The position numbers and the translations under genes were made by a program. The notes under the pieces are model-generated. The model saw only the letters and a list, made by a program, of their open reading frames with translations. It was not told the origin of the DNA and did no database searches. Shown here piece after piece: positions 1 through 14,057 of a DNA stretch of 64,000 bases (the first letter of the stretch is position 1; the number at the start of each line of letters is the position of its first letter). This DNA is from the human T2T-CHM13v2.0 reference genome, Homo sapiens, in NCBI RefSeq assembly GCF_009914755.1, contig NC_060931.1, one strand, 5' to 3'.

Positions 1-595
1 AATTAGCACAACCTTTATGAAAAACAATATAGAGATTTCTCAAAGAACTAAAAATAGGATTACCATTCAATCTGGCAACCCCACTACTAGGAATATACCT
101 AAAGGGAAAGAACTCATTATATCAAAATGATACCTCCATTCATATGTTTATCACAGCATTATTCACAGCAATAAAGATATGGAATCAACCTGAATGTCTG
201 TCAATGGATGATTGGATAAAGAAAACGTGGCATATATGTGCTATGGAATACTACTCAGCCATTAAAAACAAATGAAATAATGTCTTTCATAGCAACATGG
301 ATGGAACTGGAGGACATTATCATGAGTGAAATAACTCAAACGAAAGTCAAATACTGCACTCTCACTTATAAATGGAAGCTAAACAGTGAGTACAATTGGA
401 TATATGGAGTGGAATACTAGATGCTGGAGGCTCCAAAAGGTGGGAGGGTGAGAGGTAGATGAGGATCGAAAAATTACCTATTGGGTATAATGCTCACTAT
501 TTGGGTGATGGGTACACTAAAAGGCCAGAGTCACCACTATGCAATGTAATAAATATGCACCTGTAACCCCCAAATTTGTAAAAGTAATTTAAAAA
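1..595 (+). mobile_element. LINE-1 3' end (old L1PB/L1MA-like)
   Basis: ORF2 C-terminal/3'UTR motifs (ggaatactactcagcc, atggatggaactggagg, tgggtgatgggtacac) then A-rich tail. Confidence 0.88.
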
Positions 596-854
596 CTACT
601 AGCTACCTCAGAGAAGTTTTGTTAGTTCTAAATAAGTTACTACATATAAAGCACTTAGAATAGCATGGCATATAGTAAGCACTAAATGAATGCTAACTAT
701 AATTACAACTTATTTTCTACTTTTACTTTCTCTTTTTTAGTTTGTCTTCTAACTTTTCCTTAAATATGTGTTTTCCCCTTGCTTTTGGAGTTAGTTCACT
801 TTGCTTTTTATTTCATCACTCTCTAAGGTAAGCTATACTAGAGGAGGCATCACT

Positions 855-1070
855 GCATTGTGTCTAAGGGCCCCAAATTAAAACCAGACTGTCTGGGCTC
901 AAATGCAAACTGACTTCACAAGCTGTGTAATCTTATGCAAGTAACTCAGTCTCTCTGTGCTTCAATTTTTTAAATCTGTAAAGTAGAAACAATAAAAATA
1001 TCTCCTTCATGGGACTGTTGCAAGGATTAAAAATATTAATCATGCTTGGTACACAGTAAGTCATATTTAA
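855..1070 (+). mobile_element. MIR
   Basis: core gcaagtaactcagtctctctgtgcttcaattt...tctgtaaa. Confidence 0.7.
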
Positions 1071-1139
1071 GTACCGATTGGTGCTATATTCTTCTTACTT
1101 TTATTAATTCCCCTGAAATTGATACTACATTTTTTTCTG

Positions 1140-2005
1140 ATGTCTCTCCAACATCTCTTGCCATGCCAAATCTTCCATTGGGTTTTATATTCCTGAACAC
1201 TGATACACAGCAGGACAGCTCCACCTGAATGATTTATAAGAGCTTCCAATTCAACACAGCCAAAAGTTAACTCAACAACTTTCTCCCAAACGTGCTTCTT
1301 CTCCTGTATTATTGGAATCATGTTACTGTGCCATTAGCCACACAGACACTCAAACAATAAACATGTGAATATTTTGTGATTGCTTCTCTTTTTTCTCAAA
1401 TATGAAATCCACTTAATATTATCTCATAAAAATTGAAACCTGTCTTCTCCCTTTCTACTAATACTGTTTAGTTCATGTGGCACAAAATTTTTTCAATAAC
1501 TATTGAAATATCATCCTAAATGTTCTTGACATTCTGTTTATCTCCTAAGTCTGTGTGCCAGTTTCTAGAATAATTTGTGTACACAGTCAAGCTAAGTTGT
1601 TCTCATTGGCTTAGAGACAAACTGAAATGGATTCCTTGATCTGTCTACTCATTTTTGCATCCTCATTTCTAGCCATGATTTACATGTACCATATTGTTTT
1701 TCATCTTGTAACATAAGCTAACATTATTCTCTCTACTAATTACCCTCTACTCATCCTTTAAGATGTGGCTCAAATGTCATCTCTGCCATGAATCGTTTCC
1801 CAGTTGGTTATTATGCCACCACCCTACCCAATCTCTTGGTTGAGACAATTTTCTTTTTCCTTGGTTTCAACAGAATCTTTAAGGAACACATATAATTATC
1901 TGTTTGCACTCTTGTCTTTATTACAAGGCTGTAAACTTCACAAGAGCTAAGATGTATTTATTCATGGCCTATTAAAGTAGGCTCCGAGTAGATATTTACT
2001 GAGTT
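1140..2005 (+). mobile_element. LINE-2 fragment (degenerate)
   Basis: ctccacctgaatg, ctcaaatgtcatct, ctgtaaacttc...atatttactga L2 3' motifs; boundaries approximate. Confidence 0.55.
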
Positions 2006-2289
2006 CAAAACACCAATTGCAGACAGTTGAACAGAGAGAAGAGAACAGAAGGTCCAAAATAGTATTCCATCTGAGATGCTAAACAGCCTTCACATTTCTT
2101 AATAGTGAAAAATATAGCAAAGCACATTGCTACAATGTGTATGAGGCAATCACTTGCAAATCATCTGGTCTTGAAGGCATGAACACATTAAGAGTTGTTT
2201 TTAAGCATGAAGATTTATACTTAATACTGTGTGTTCCTATCACCTCAATGACTACCTACTTCCACCTTTATCCCCATCCCAACATACTA

Positions 2290-2882
2290 TAATCTTAATA
2301 CAATAACCAAAGTGATCTTTTTAAATACAAATGTTAATGATGTCACAGCTCTGCTGAAAATACACAATGGTTTCCTTTTTAATTCAGAACACCAAAACCC
2401 TATGAAATGGCTATAGGTCCCTGCGTGAGCTTTTCCTTGACCTCACCTCTCTGGTTCATGGTCTATTAGTCTCCCTACTGCTCACTAACCTCCAGTCACA
2501 CTGCTCTTCACTCAGCTGTTCTTTGAGTATATCACATATGCTCCTATCTCAAGAGTCTTAGCATCTGCTGTTCCCATTGTCCAGAAAGTTTTTATCTCAT
2601 ACTGTTACATGACCTATGCCCTCACTTTTTTCAGATTTTTTTTCCAAATGTCACTTTTATGGTGACCTTCTTAGTGAGGCCTTCTATGGCCACCCTTTTA
2701 AAATTCTAACCTCTCCCTATAATTTAATCTCCCTTGCATTTTTTTCTTTATCATTATCTGATATATTTAATATCATTCTTAGTCATTATTGTTATTATTT
2801 TCTTTCCACATTCTTCAGAATATAAGTTCTATAAGGCAGGACATAGTAAGTGCTTAATAAATAAATTCAAACAAATGAATAA
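2290..2882 (+). mobile_element. LINE-2 3' fragment
   Basis: aaagtgatctttttaaa...aatgtcac...tataagttctataaggcagg...tgcttaataaat. Confidence 0.6.
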
Positions 2883-4405
2883 AACATTTCTTTTAGTGAA
2901 AAAACACCCAATAAAATTAGATGGAGTACTCTGTATTTTATATCTACATAGGCTCAAATGGTGGCTCACATTTTCCTTGATATAGAAGTCATCTTGTACT
3001 ACCAATAGGCATATAGTAGAAGCTTGAAAAGGAAATTTGAGAATGGAAATACATTGATGTCTATATTGTGTATGTTGTGTAACAATGGTTCCTGGCATCA
3101 GTGCTTAGAGTGGCGATGGTTCAAATTATGGGCAGGTTCTCTGGCATCTGACAATGAGGAGTAATGCCTTTGTCATTAAGCCTGCAGCAGCATGCTCCAC
3201 TCAACTCTGACAAAGAAAAATCTATATAAGGATCAATCTGACATCAGGAGCATTTTTTAGAAATTGAATCCCAGAACTTCTGCTATAAGCAGTTTTCCAT
3301 TTGTGTTATGTCCCAAAGCATCTGAAGCTGTATTTAGAATTTTGATTTCAGAAGATTTTGTGTTTTAGTAGAAATTACATAGACACCTGGATTTGAACCT
3401 ACTTTACTGGCTGCAAGTAACCAGGGGAGTTATTAAATATCCTGTGCCTCAGTTACCTCATCTATAAAACAATTCTTTATAATAAAATGGTATATTCCAT
3501 AAAATACACATAGAACAGTCCTTGGTACTGTAGCACTGAATGTGAAACAGCACAGCTTTCGAGTTAGGAATACCTGAGTTCAAACGTCAGGTCTGTCCCT
3601 AACTTTGTGTATGAGCTATAACTCTCTGAGTTTTAGCTTCTGCATGTGTAAGATGAAGAAAATTATGTCTAACATGCAGTTGTGAGATCTAGGAATAACC
3701 TGGTACCTACTCAGTTCCTGTTTGCAATAGGTACATATAAATAATAGCCTCAGTTATCAATTCTGTTTATGAGTCTCTTTTCTCTCAGGATATCATAATA
3801 ATTGATGCTATACATAGTATCTTATATATTTAATTTACATTTATAATTCTTAATAACTTATTATTACTTAATTATAATTAATAAGGTCTACAAGTCAAGG
3901 GAAAATGCTCCACATGAAGTATCTAGCAAAGTTGGCTTTCAATAAATACTTATAAATAAAATATATAGAGATTATGTTCCATTTGCTTTGTTTAAGAAAG
4001 CAGGAGTCTATAAAATGCATATTTGAGAGAACCACTATAATCTAGAGTTTAGAAAGTAGACAATTGAGTTTCTAAGTGCTTTCTAACAATTCAGGTATGT
4101 TTCTAAAGATTAATTCAGTTTCTAAAGATTAATTTGGGCAAAAACTTTATCCACATGAATATGTTGCTTCTGGATAACTCCAGAGGGCTGAGTTTGAATC
4201 TGAACAGGCAGACATTACAGAATCAAAAATTTCAGTTAAATAAAAGGAAGATGTATATACTCTGTGGTCTGATAAATTAATGACTTCTCTTTGTTTGTAG
4301 CATCAGAGATGAACCCTGATGAGCATCGTCAGGGGTACTCTATAAAGCACTTACCCAGGAGGTAAGAATTAACTAGGTGAAAATAAATATCCTTCAAAAT
4401 GGTCT

Positions 4406-4492
4406 AGATTTGATAAGAAAGTGATTTCTTATCAAAATAAAGATTTGATAAGAAAGTGATTTCTTATCAAAATAAAGATTTGATAAGAAAGT
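4406..4492. repeat. 35-bp tandem repeat (2.5 copies) with internal 12-bp inverted repeat
   Basis: agatttgataagaaagtgatttcttatcaaaataa at 4406 and 4441, partial copy at 4476. Confidence 0.95.
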
Positions 4493-5742
4493 AATTATGT
4501 TTCACAAAAAAGAGACATATAAATGGCAATAGTGGAAAAATTGTTATTAAAGAAAATTAAGAACTCACATGCAAAGTTATTCTGCTTTGTGTATACATCA
4601 TGTATATTCAGCCTTTAATAAAGTCAGAATTTTGTGTTTTGTTTTATATTGTGAATAAATCAATCCGTATATAGCTAGGTCCTTAAAAGCCAAGTATTAT
4701 TATTAGCTGATTATGACATAACTTTTGATGCAAAGAGTAAATTCAAAGTCCAAATATCAGCAAATACATTAGTTGGGGAAATTTGAATGTAGTTGAAAAT
4801 AGGTACTAAAAATTATAGGAATGGAGAAGTAGATTATATCAACAATATGAGAAAGAACCTTATAATTGAACATTGATGGATTCAGCATGTCAAATGATTT
4901 GGTAAAGATTTCCAAATGAGGCAGATTATGGTGAGTTCCAAATTAGAAACAGAACATACTGAGTGAGGAAAACCACTGATAAAAGAATTACTTCACTGTC
5001 TTCTGAAGCCATTCAGCTTGGAGGAACTATGGAAGATTATCAGGTCCTTTTCTGCCAAGGGAATTACAAGGAATTTAAAAAGCCATTTCACCTCAGATTT
5101 GTGAAGTGGAAAATACTTTAATACTAAATCAACAACTTAACTCAGTGCAATATGCTGTACATTTTTGGACATGTGTTTATTCTTATGACATCATGAACAG
5201 AATTTTCCTTTCCTGATTGCATTTCTATATTATTTCTAATAGCCTTTGTTAGGTTGAGGTGACTTTCTTTCTAAAACCTGTCCAAAGAATCAAGGATTTA
5301 CAAATTTAATTATCTCCCAGAATGTACTGTATGATTTTGATCTAAAAACATGTTAGGTTTTAAATTTCACGATAGGCTAGGAAAAAAGGAATAAAAAGTT
5401 CAAAGTGTTCCGCATTTGGAATCAGTAATTTTGTATTCCAATGACAAATGTTTAGTCTGCAGTGCCAAAACGAGGTGAAGCCTTCCATTGATTCACTCTC
5501 TATCCAAAATGCACCTATTACCTCTTCTCTGTAATAGAGACAGGTCTCTAGAGCTTATTTTCATTATTCAACTTGCAACCTTTTCTTTACCAAGGATAAT
5601 TTTTTCAATATTCATCATTTAATATTCAATATTATTTCTCCTTCTAAAATATCCATTTTTTTTCTACTTGCTATCTTTGTAATTCCACTTTTGTGAAACT
5701 GAGTTCAAAGCCTACATCACCATGATCTGCCTTACCTAACTG

Positions 5743-5774
5743 CTTTATGCCCTGGACCTCTTTATGCCCTGGAC
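5743..5774. repeat. 17-bp-period tandem duplication
   Basis: ctttatgccctggac at 5743 and 5760. Confidence 0.9.
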
Positions 5775-6452
5775 TCTTTCTATAGACAGCCCTTGACTCA
5801 CATTCTTTTATCCAGTAACTGCCTCCTATTCTACACATGTGCTTTAAAGCTGCCTATTCTTCCATCTCTACAAGCATCCAAGTCATTCCTCTCCCATCAT
5901 TTAGATGATGAAAGAGCGGGGTCTTTCCTTTGTTCCCAGCGGTCAAGAACCCTTGTGTCAATGTCTCATATATAATTGAAAAATTTTCTTCTACAATGAG
6001 CTTAATGTTGTAGCTGTGTTGTTATTTTAATTCTGTTATTATTCATATGTCTAAGACATATGTGTTAATGATAATTAAGTTTTGCTATTTCTCTACAACA
6101 CTGCCTTGGGAGTCATGATTTAAGACTATCATTTTGACAACATGACCATAAAATCATGAGTTATAAGTACCTCTTTAAAAAATTCTTACTTCCAAGATCC
6201 AAATTAATGATTTCTATGTATGTGTATAGCATATATATATTTATATAGTATATGTATATAAAATCTATATGTATATATATTTAAATTATTGTGTGTATAT
6301 AAATCACACATAACAAATAAAACTGACTTATTAAATAAGGCATGCATAGTACAACAGCTAGCTTCATTTTTCAGCATCCAAATAAATCATCTATTTACTG
6401 ATCACACACTATATGCAAAATACTATGTTTTGAATATGCAGCTATGAATTAC

Positions 6453-6592
6453 CTCCTCTTTTCTTGTCTCACGTCCTTTCTGTACAAACCAGATAACTTT
6501 CGCTTGTAAAGATCGTGGGGTACATTCCAGCAAAGTACTGTTGTTCTCTATGCCATAAGCCAGATGTTCTTCAGTCTTATCCAAAGCATCCC
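6453..6592 (-). CDS. SEMA3E: SEMA3E exon 16 (140 nt), G-DALDKTEEHLAYGIENNSTLLECTPRSLQAKVIWFVQKGRETRKEE (Ig domain start)
   Basis: ttgtag|GG...GAG|gtaatt; cumulative numbering puts CGT at 6471-6473 at codon 619, consistent with the known R619 residue. Confidence 0.97.
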
Positions 6593-8141
6593 CTACAACA
6601 GGAACATTAATGCCATCTTTGAGACTTAGATTTTATAGGTAAATAAATTTTTCAAACATTATTTAGATCCCTGCAGTAACATGATTAACTCATTACTTAT
6701 TGCTTATTTCTGCAAAAGGTAATTTAAAGGAATTATTTAGAAAGAGTGGCATACCAAAATTTAGGCATGAAACAAGCAAGCAGGCTATGGGGTGGGACAG
6801 AAGTAGGTAACTGAGAGTCTGGTTCCAAAGGATGGGACAGGATAGTCAAGGCAGTAAGAAGCATCAGTGTTAAACTCATGGAAAGTCTATTGCAACCTCT
6901 ATTGAGGGAAGAGAAAGGGAACACCAAAGCACAGGACAAAATTCGTGGATACAAACAAAAGCAGACACCAGAAATGCAGGCAAAATGCCACTACATAAAC
7001 ACAAATGTGGATTATATCTTGACAAGGGATTGCATTTATCTGGGTGTTGGGCTGCTGTAGTGAGAAGAGAATATGAGACTGAACCAGGGACTTTGTGAAA
7101 TAAAGCTTGATTATAATCTGTGTCTTGGACCAGAAAGGCTCTTACTGGACTTGAACTCAAATTTGCACACAGGCAAGTACACTTAGCTGCAGTAGGGAAT
7201 AAAAGGAAGCAGGATTACTCTCTCTTTATTTTAAACTAAGACAAATTCAATAACTGGACCTCTGGATTTATTTTTCCTATGCCTGAATCCTACTCACCTT
7301 CAGAACTGACCCCTAAACTTCCCTAAGATGAAGGTCCTACTTTTCTCTTGCTAGTATTCCCAGAGGCTTGAGTCCTCCACTGAATCCTGAGTCAGCCTGG
7401 GGTCCAACAAATTGATGCTGGAGCACAGTCTCTGGCTCTGCGTATAGCCACCGCTGGTTTCTCATTTATGGTGTCCCTTCTTATTATTACTTCCTAGTGA
7501 GCTCAGTGACACTAAATACAGCCTATTCAACAGTCACTACCATAATAGAAAGAGTCAGGAGTTAACAGAGAAGTTCTTTCTTATATTCCTTACTTTTGCC
7601 TAAAGATGAGATTTCCTCCATTCCTAACCCATCAGTTACCACCACCCTATCACCTTTATTGAACCACCAACCCCAGCCCTAAGCTTGGTCAACTTAGATA
7701 AAAGAGTAAAAGCTTTTTCACTTTATCTATCCCAAAGCTTAGGAGATGACTTGATAGAAGTAATACCAGTTGATAAAATCACCAGAAGGTACGTAACATG
7801 GTGAAGATAGTCCCCAGTATGAGATAAAGAGGTAAGTCATAAGAGTCACTGTGGCATCAACCACCTAAAGTATGCAGCATTCTTGTTCTAGGGTTTCTTT
7901 GTTTTAATAATTAGTTTAATAATAAAGCTTGGTGGTAGCACATAAAACTTATTTTCCTAATCAGGTAAAAATTAGTCAAATTTTCAAAATTTTAACTACA
8001 TGTCAGAGAAAAAGAATACTTATTACATTGTTCTAGTATACATGAATCACAAAGAAAAAAAGGACTCTTTTTAAGAAGTTTGTAGTTTATGTTCAATGTA
8101 TTCTCTGAGTAACCCAGAACAACTGATTTTCTATGGATTAC

Positions 8142-8209
8142 CAACAAACTGTTGTCCAAAGCACTGCTGAGCTGCATTTCCATGTCGAACATCTTGTCTC
8201 CGGAAACGC
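8142..8209 (-). CDS. SEMA3E: SEMA3E exon 15 (68 nt), R-RFRRQDVRHGNAAQQCFGQQFV-G
   Basis: tttcag|G...GTT G|gtaatc; completes the furin site KRRFRR. Confidence 0.97.
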
Positions 8210-8957
8210 CTGAAAGAAAGTAAATGCATTTAGATGTTCATTTTTTCAATTTTCCAGACTTTAAAATGCAGCCAATTGCATTTCATATACAAGTAGTATT
8301 CTGCTACTGAAAAAAATGATCATTCATATGAAAAAAGAATAAAATCCAAGTTTCATAGTTTTTCATATTTCCATTATATGCTCTTCAGTAGCTAAGATCT
8401 ATGTTACCCTGTTCTTTATTTACATAATGTTGAATTCTGGAAACTCAAACAACAATGGAATGTATTTCTCTTTACTTTTTGTTAAAAATTTAGTTCAACA
8501 AGAAATCTAGTTTGAGAATGTCTTGAATGGTAAGGTATTTGAGCAGATAAAGACAATGGGATTTGAAGTAAAGTATTTATTGAGTACAAAACAGTTATTT
8601 TGAGTATAAAACTCCCATATATAATAAAGTGCAAATGAAAAAGGTGTTAAAATCCAAATAGTTTGTTCTATAGCCATTATAATCAATTAGTACAAATAGA
8701 ATTTCTAACAATAAGACATAAACTAATAATATACTGTAGTCAGCTTACTTTTATTCAGATATAACATTGCCTCTATTCAATGTGATAGTGTGTTCTTCAT
8801 GTTTAGCAGAATTTTGTGCATCTAGTGGGACTCAAGAAATATTAGTATTTTCCCCCTCAATCTGCCTCGTATAATTAGAGTCATTTCTAGTATTGTTTTA
8901 ATTTCATAGATTGTTTAGATATATAACTGAAAAAAATACAATATTCTGTATCTGCGG

Positions 8958-9180
8958 AAAAATTCCAGAATATATATGTTTATATATATATAACGTTATA
9001 TATATGTTTATATATATATAACATTATATATATGTTTATATATATATAACATTATATATATAAAATTCCAGAATATATGTAATATACATATGTTTCGAAT
9101 ATATAAAATATTATATGTATATGTAATTCAAGAATATATATATTATATATATAATATAATGTTTTGAATATATATAAAAA
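8958..9180. repeat. TA-rich minisatellite (28-bp unit x3 plus degenerate copies)
   Basis: tatatatgtttatatatatataac(g/a)tta with period 28; aaaattccagaatatat at 8959 and 9062. Confidence 0.9.
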
Positions 9181-9184
9181 CATT

Positions 9185-9486
9185 AGCCGGGCATGGTGGC
9201 TCACGCCTGTAATCCTAGCACTTTGGGAGGCCAAGACGGGTGGATCATGAGCTCAGGAGTTCGAGACCAGCCTGACCAACATGGTGAAACCCCGTGTCTA
9301 CTAAAAATACAAAAATTAGTCGGGCGTGGTGGTGTGCGCCTGTAGTCTCAGCTACTCAGGAGACTGAGACAGGAGAATCGCCTGAAACCGGGAGGTGAAG
9401 GTTCCAGTGAGCCAAGATTGCACCACTGCACTCCAGCCTGGCAATGAAATGATACCCCATCTCAAAAAATAAAAAAATAAAAAAAA
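9185..9486 (+). mobile_element. Alu (AluS-like), full length
   Basis: dimeric Alu with tactaaaaatacaaaaa linker and A tail. Confidence 0.97.
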
Positions 9487-10731
9487 TATATATATATCTT
9501 TAAATATATAATATAACATTATATATAAAATGATTTAATATGTAAGCCTTTTTTCTGAGGAATTAAACAATGAGAATTATCATTAGTATTAATAGTATTG
9601 AAATTCTAAAATCAAGAACTCTGGCATACTTAATTTAGCTTAGAGATTAAAATAGAAGTATTACATAAAGGTAGAAAATACCACTTGCTTCTCTAATTCA
9701 TGGCATTTCTTCAAGACTGAGGGAAAAACAGAAGGCAAAGCAGAAGTTTTACCCTAGAGGGTGATAGCATAGCTCCCAAAGTGACAATGAGATGCTTTAA
9801 CCATATGCAATGATGAAATTTGGAAAAGTGAACCAGATTCAATTCCCAATACCACCACTAATGTTCTGTATGATCTTATGCATATTTCTTCCCTTTCCTG
9901 GCTCTTTGTGTCCTCCCTTGTAAAATAGAGGTGGCAAAATGACACCTAAAATCTATTTCAGTCTTTTTTTTTTTTTTTTCATTCTAGGGTGTCCTTACTG
10001 TCTCTAAATAACAATAATAGAATGCTATTTCAAGAGATCAAGTGCTTTCTCACACAGGAGTTCAGATCTTATTTAACATATTAATAGATATTAAAAACTA
10101 GGGCAGATCAACATCTCCAATCAATTTTTGGGATTATGACCTGTGTACAAAAGTATGTTTTAGTTTTAGTTTTTTTTTAATGTAGAGATTGCTGATTAGA
10201 AAATCTTACCTAAAAACCTGAGATTTTACAAAGTTAATATTAGATCTGCCACATGTATCATTCTACTGAACTAGATTGAAAATAGAGCTTATGAAAAAAT
10301 AACAAGCAAAAGTAGAAAGTTGTATGATTCTATATTGTTTTATACTAGTATGTACAATTATTATACAACCAATAGCAGATCAAGATGAGAATTAAAATGC
10401 TGTTGTTAATCCCTCACTTTGTTGAGTATTGCTTCTATATTGAGAACCTAAGGGCTGATGAGCAATAATGAATAATGGATAGGAATAAAATCAACAAAAT
10501 GAGAAATGGCTTCCACTTGGCCGAGATGGTGTTGTATAAAGATTATTATACAAGTGAGATGAGGATAAGGAAACTACAATCAAATAATTCTAGATAAGCA
10601 ATGTCAAGAACTGAGTGCAAAAATATCGCTGAAAGTTATTGGAAACATACATTTAAAAAGAAAGACATCACATTCTCCAGCAAGGTTTCAGTTCATTTTA
10701 TACTATCCCCGTATAGTTGTCCTTTATTTCA

Positions 10732-11510
10732 GTATACATATATACATACACGCATATATACACGTATATATTACATGTATACATACACACACATACACGT
10801 ATATATTACATGTATACATACACACATATACACGTATATATTACATGTATACATACACACATATATACACGTATATATTACATGTATACATATATACACG
10901 TATATATTACATGTATACATATATACACGTATATATTACATGTATACATATATACACGTATATATTACATGTATACATATATACACGTATATATTACATG
11001 TATACATATATACACGTATATATTACATGTATACATATATACACGTATATATTACATGTATACATATATACACGTATATATTACATGTATACATATATAC
11101 ACGTATATATTACATGTATACATATATACACGTATATATTACATGTATACATATATACACGTATATATTACATGTATACATATATACACGTATATGTGTA
11201 TAGTGTATACGTATACACATATATACGCGTATATATGTGTATACGTATACACATATATACGCGTATATGTGTATACGTATACACATATATACGCGTATAT
11301 GTGTATACGTATACACATATATGCGCGTATACGTGTGCACATATATGCGCGTATACGTGTGCACATATATGCGCGTATACGTGTGCACATATATGCGCGT
11401 ATACGTGTGCACATATATGCGCGTATACGTGTGCACATATATGCGCGTATACGTGTGCACATATATGCGCGTATATATGTGTATATTACATATTTACACT
11501 ATATATATAT
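10732..11510. repeat. Compound TA/CA/CG VNTR (29-bp, ~30-bp palindromic and 24-bp units)
   Basis: about 14 x cacgtatatattacatgtatacatatata; about 4 x tatgtgtatacgtatacacatatatacgcg; 6 x atatgcgcgtatacgtgtgcacat. Confidence 0.97.
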
Positions 11511-13755
11511 GGAGAAGTTTCAGAAAGTTGAACAAATTTGCTTTCATTCTCAAAATTGCGTATTATTCTTATATCTCTAGTCTTTTAGACATATTTAAAG
11601 AGAACACTGGAAATAGACAAAATACAAGAGCAAGGGGAAGAAAAAGATTCTAGCATTATAAACCATAGTGTATTTTGGAAGATCATTTTAAACAAGTGGT
11701 TTGGATTGTGAATTACTGTTTTTCCCCTGTTGACTCATTTTCACTCTTTGAGCAGAAAAGTATTTATTTTAATGACCTGTTTTCAATTTCTGCTTCTATT
11801 CAGGTCTGAAGCAAAAATGATCTGCTATAAAAGCAAACTATTTTACCTTCATGTGTTGGAACTTATCCAAAAAGTTATCTTCCAGGGGTAGTGATGGTTC
11901 AAAAGAATTTGACAGCACTGAAAGATCTCCATTACATGTCACTGAACTGAACTAATTCATTTACAAGCACGGCTTCTGATTCCAGCATTTCATGCCTTCC
12001 TGTCTACTATTTTTCTCATTCACTTGACTTTTTCTAAGTAACTCTTTTTGTCCACCACATCTACTGTATTAACAAGCTTAAGGCTGGACACTGCTAAAAG
12101 ATGCACCATATAGAAAAATTAACTATGGAAACTGCTCAATTAAAATTCATTATCACTACTGCATGCCTAACACAAAACCCTGTCATTCATAAGCATTTGG
12201 TGCAAGGCTTGTAAACAGTTTTATTGTTGCTATGACAATAAAATAATTAATGCTGTTATTCGTGGTTACATTCACATTCTACCCTCATATTCTTCTATTT
12301 CACTCCTGACCCATGGTACGGCATGCTTGTTTTTAAGCATTCTATTTCTTTGTGCAGACAATTAATTCCCTTTGACTGGAATTTTCTTATATCTCTACCT
12401 TCAAGATTAAGCTCAAAAGTGAGATTATTTTGAGAATTAAATAAAGTATTATATGCATTGCTCTTAATCCAATAGCTCATTCATAGTAAGTGCTCAACAG
12501 CAAGCTACTACTATCATTATCTACAATTCCATTCTTCACTTTAGGTTCCAATTTCCTTTAGACAAGAGGTTATGCTTGTTTCTTCATATCCCTGGCACAT
12601 AGTACAGTAATTGGCTTAATAGGTGAATACACTAATAATTAATATTTTCAAATAATTATGTGACTATATTCTTCAAGAATTGTTTTCAAACATCAACAAG
12701 CACGTCTGCAAAATCAATTAATTTGCTCAATTCTTTAATACATTTGGTAAATTTAGTTCAGAAATGTCCTCTCGAAGCATAATTTTACTATCCACTTATT
12801 ATATCATTTTTTTAAAATACTCACTGGAGTGTTAATTTTGCTCAAGTAAAATTAACAAAAGTTTTGAATTAGTGAAGTTTTAATGAGATTCTGCTATATA
12901 TTTGAACCTATAAAACAAGAACTACACTAAATTGGGTTAAATTATATTCTGAAAAATGTTTACAGAAAAGTAACCCAAAGTTAAATAATAAAAATAATTG
13001 AAATTAATACAAACTGTTTTTCAGTAGGAAAATTGTCTATACTTCTATTGTTTGCTTTATTTTGTCTTTGGTCATTTTATTGCAAGAAAGAAACTGCTTA
13101 TTCTGTAAGAAATAAAAATACTTTTTTTCCTGAGGTATTTCCACAAAGAATGCACAACTTCATATGGCTTGAGTGAAGAGATATCCTTATTCTTCAAAAT
13201 ACTTAACTGCACCTCAAGATCTCTGCTTAAAGAATCCTGGGATTTACCTTCTGTAGGAAATGGCAATGACCTCACAGAATTGTAGGCATTGGAGTTTGGA
13301 GGTCTTTAAGTACCTTTCATTTGTGTTGAATTAAATCACACATTTCATTAATTATACAGGTCATGCATTTGCCTAGGAGTTAAAATATTCACTTTCAAAA
13401 TGAAATAAATGAAGACCAGCTGGTAGAGAGGACATGGGGCAAATGCAGGATGTATTTTAGAATTTCTTTATTGATTTTCCTTTTAAGTCTTTGAATCTCT
13501 CATGTGTGGTGGCTTGTCGTTTCCACATTTTAACTTTATCTGAACTCGTTTCATGTCTTGCAGCAAAAGTTTCAAAAGAGGGAAAAACTGACTCAAACCT
13601 GGGTGAAAAAATAAAAGGTCAACAGCATGTTCAGTGCCAGTCTCTGTACACAATAATTAATACAGGTATTTTCTGGAAAACTTCAAGTTAAAAAAAAAAA
13701 AAAGCATTAGGGTTTTCCTAAGCAAGGGAAATAGTTAATCAGGTAGCACGTCTCA

Positions 13756-13923
<168 letters not shown>

Positions 13924-14057
13924 CTACAGAAATCAGAAAGAGGTCACTAGCAGAAATGGACAAAACTTTCACTGAGCTATTACACCTAGTTTTCACATTT
14001 ATACACAATCACCTCAGAAAAAATTCACTTAAATTTAATTCACTTAAATTAGCAGTT

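Noticed and set aside
4406-4492. CRISPR-like palindromic 35-bp repeat
   Set aside because: Units are directly adjacent with no spacers, there are no cas genes, and the context is a human intron
7292-7303. Strong orphan donor AAG|gtgagt on the gene strand in intron 15
   Set aside because: No good upstream acceptor or pyrimidine tract found to define an exon
10601-11653. Long overlapping ORFs (up to 287 aa) rich in Y/I/H/T
   Set aside because: Artefact of the stop-poor VNTR; open in multiple frames on both strands with low-complexity peptide
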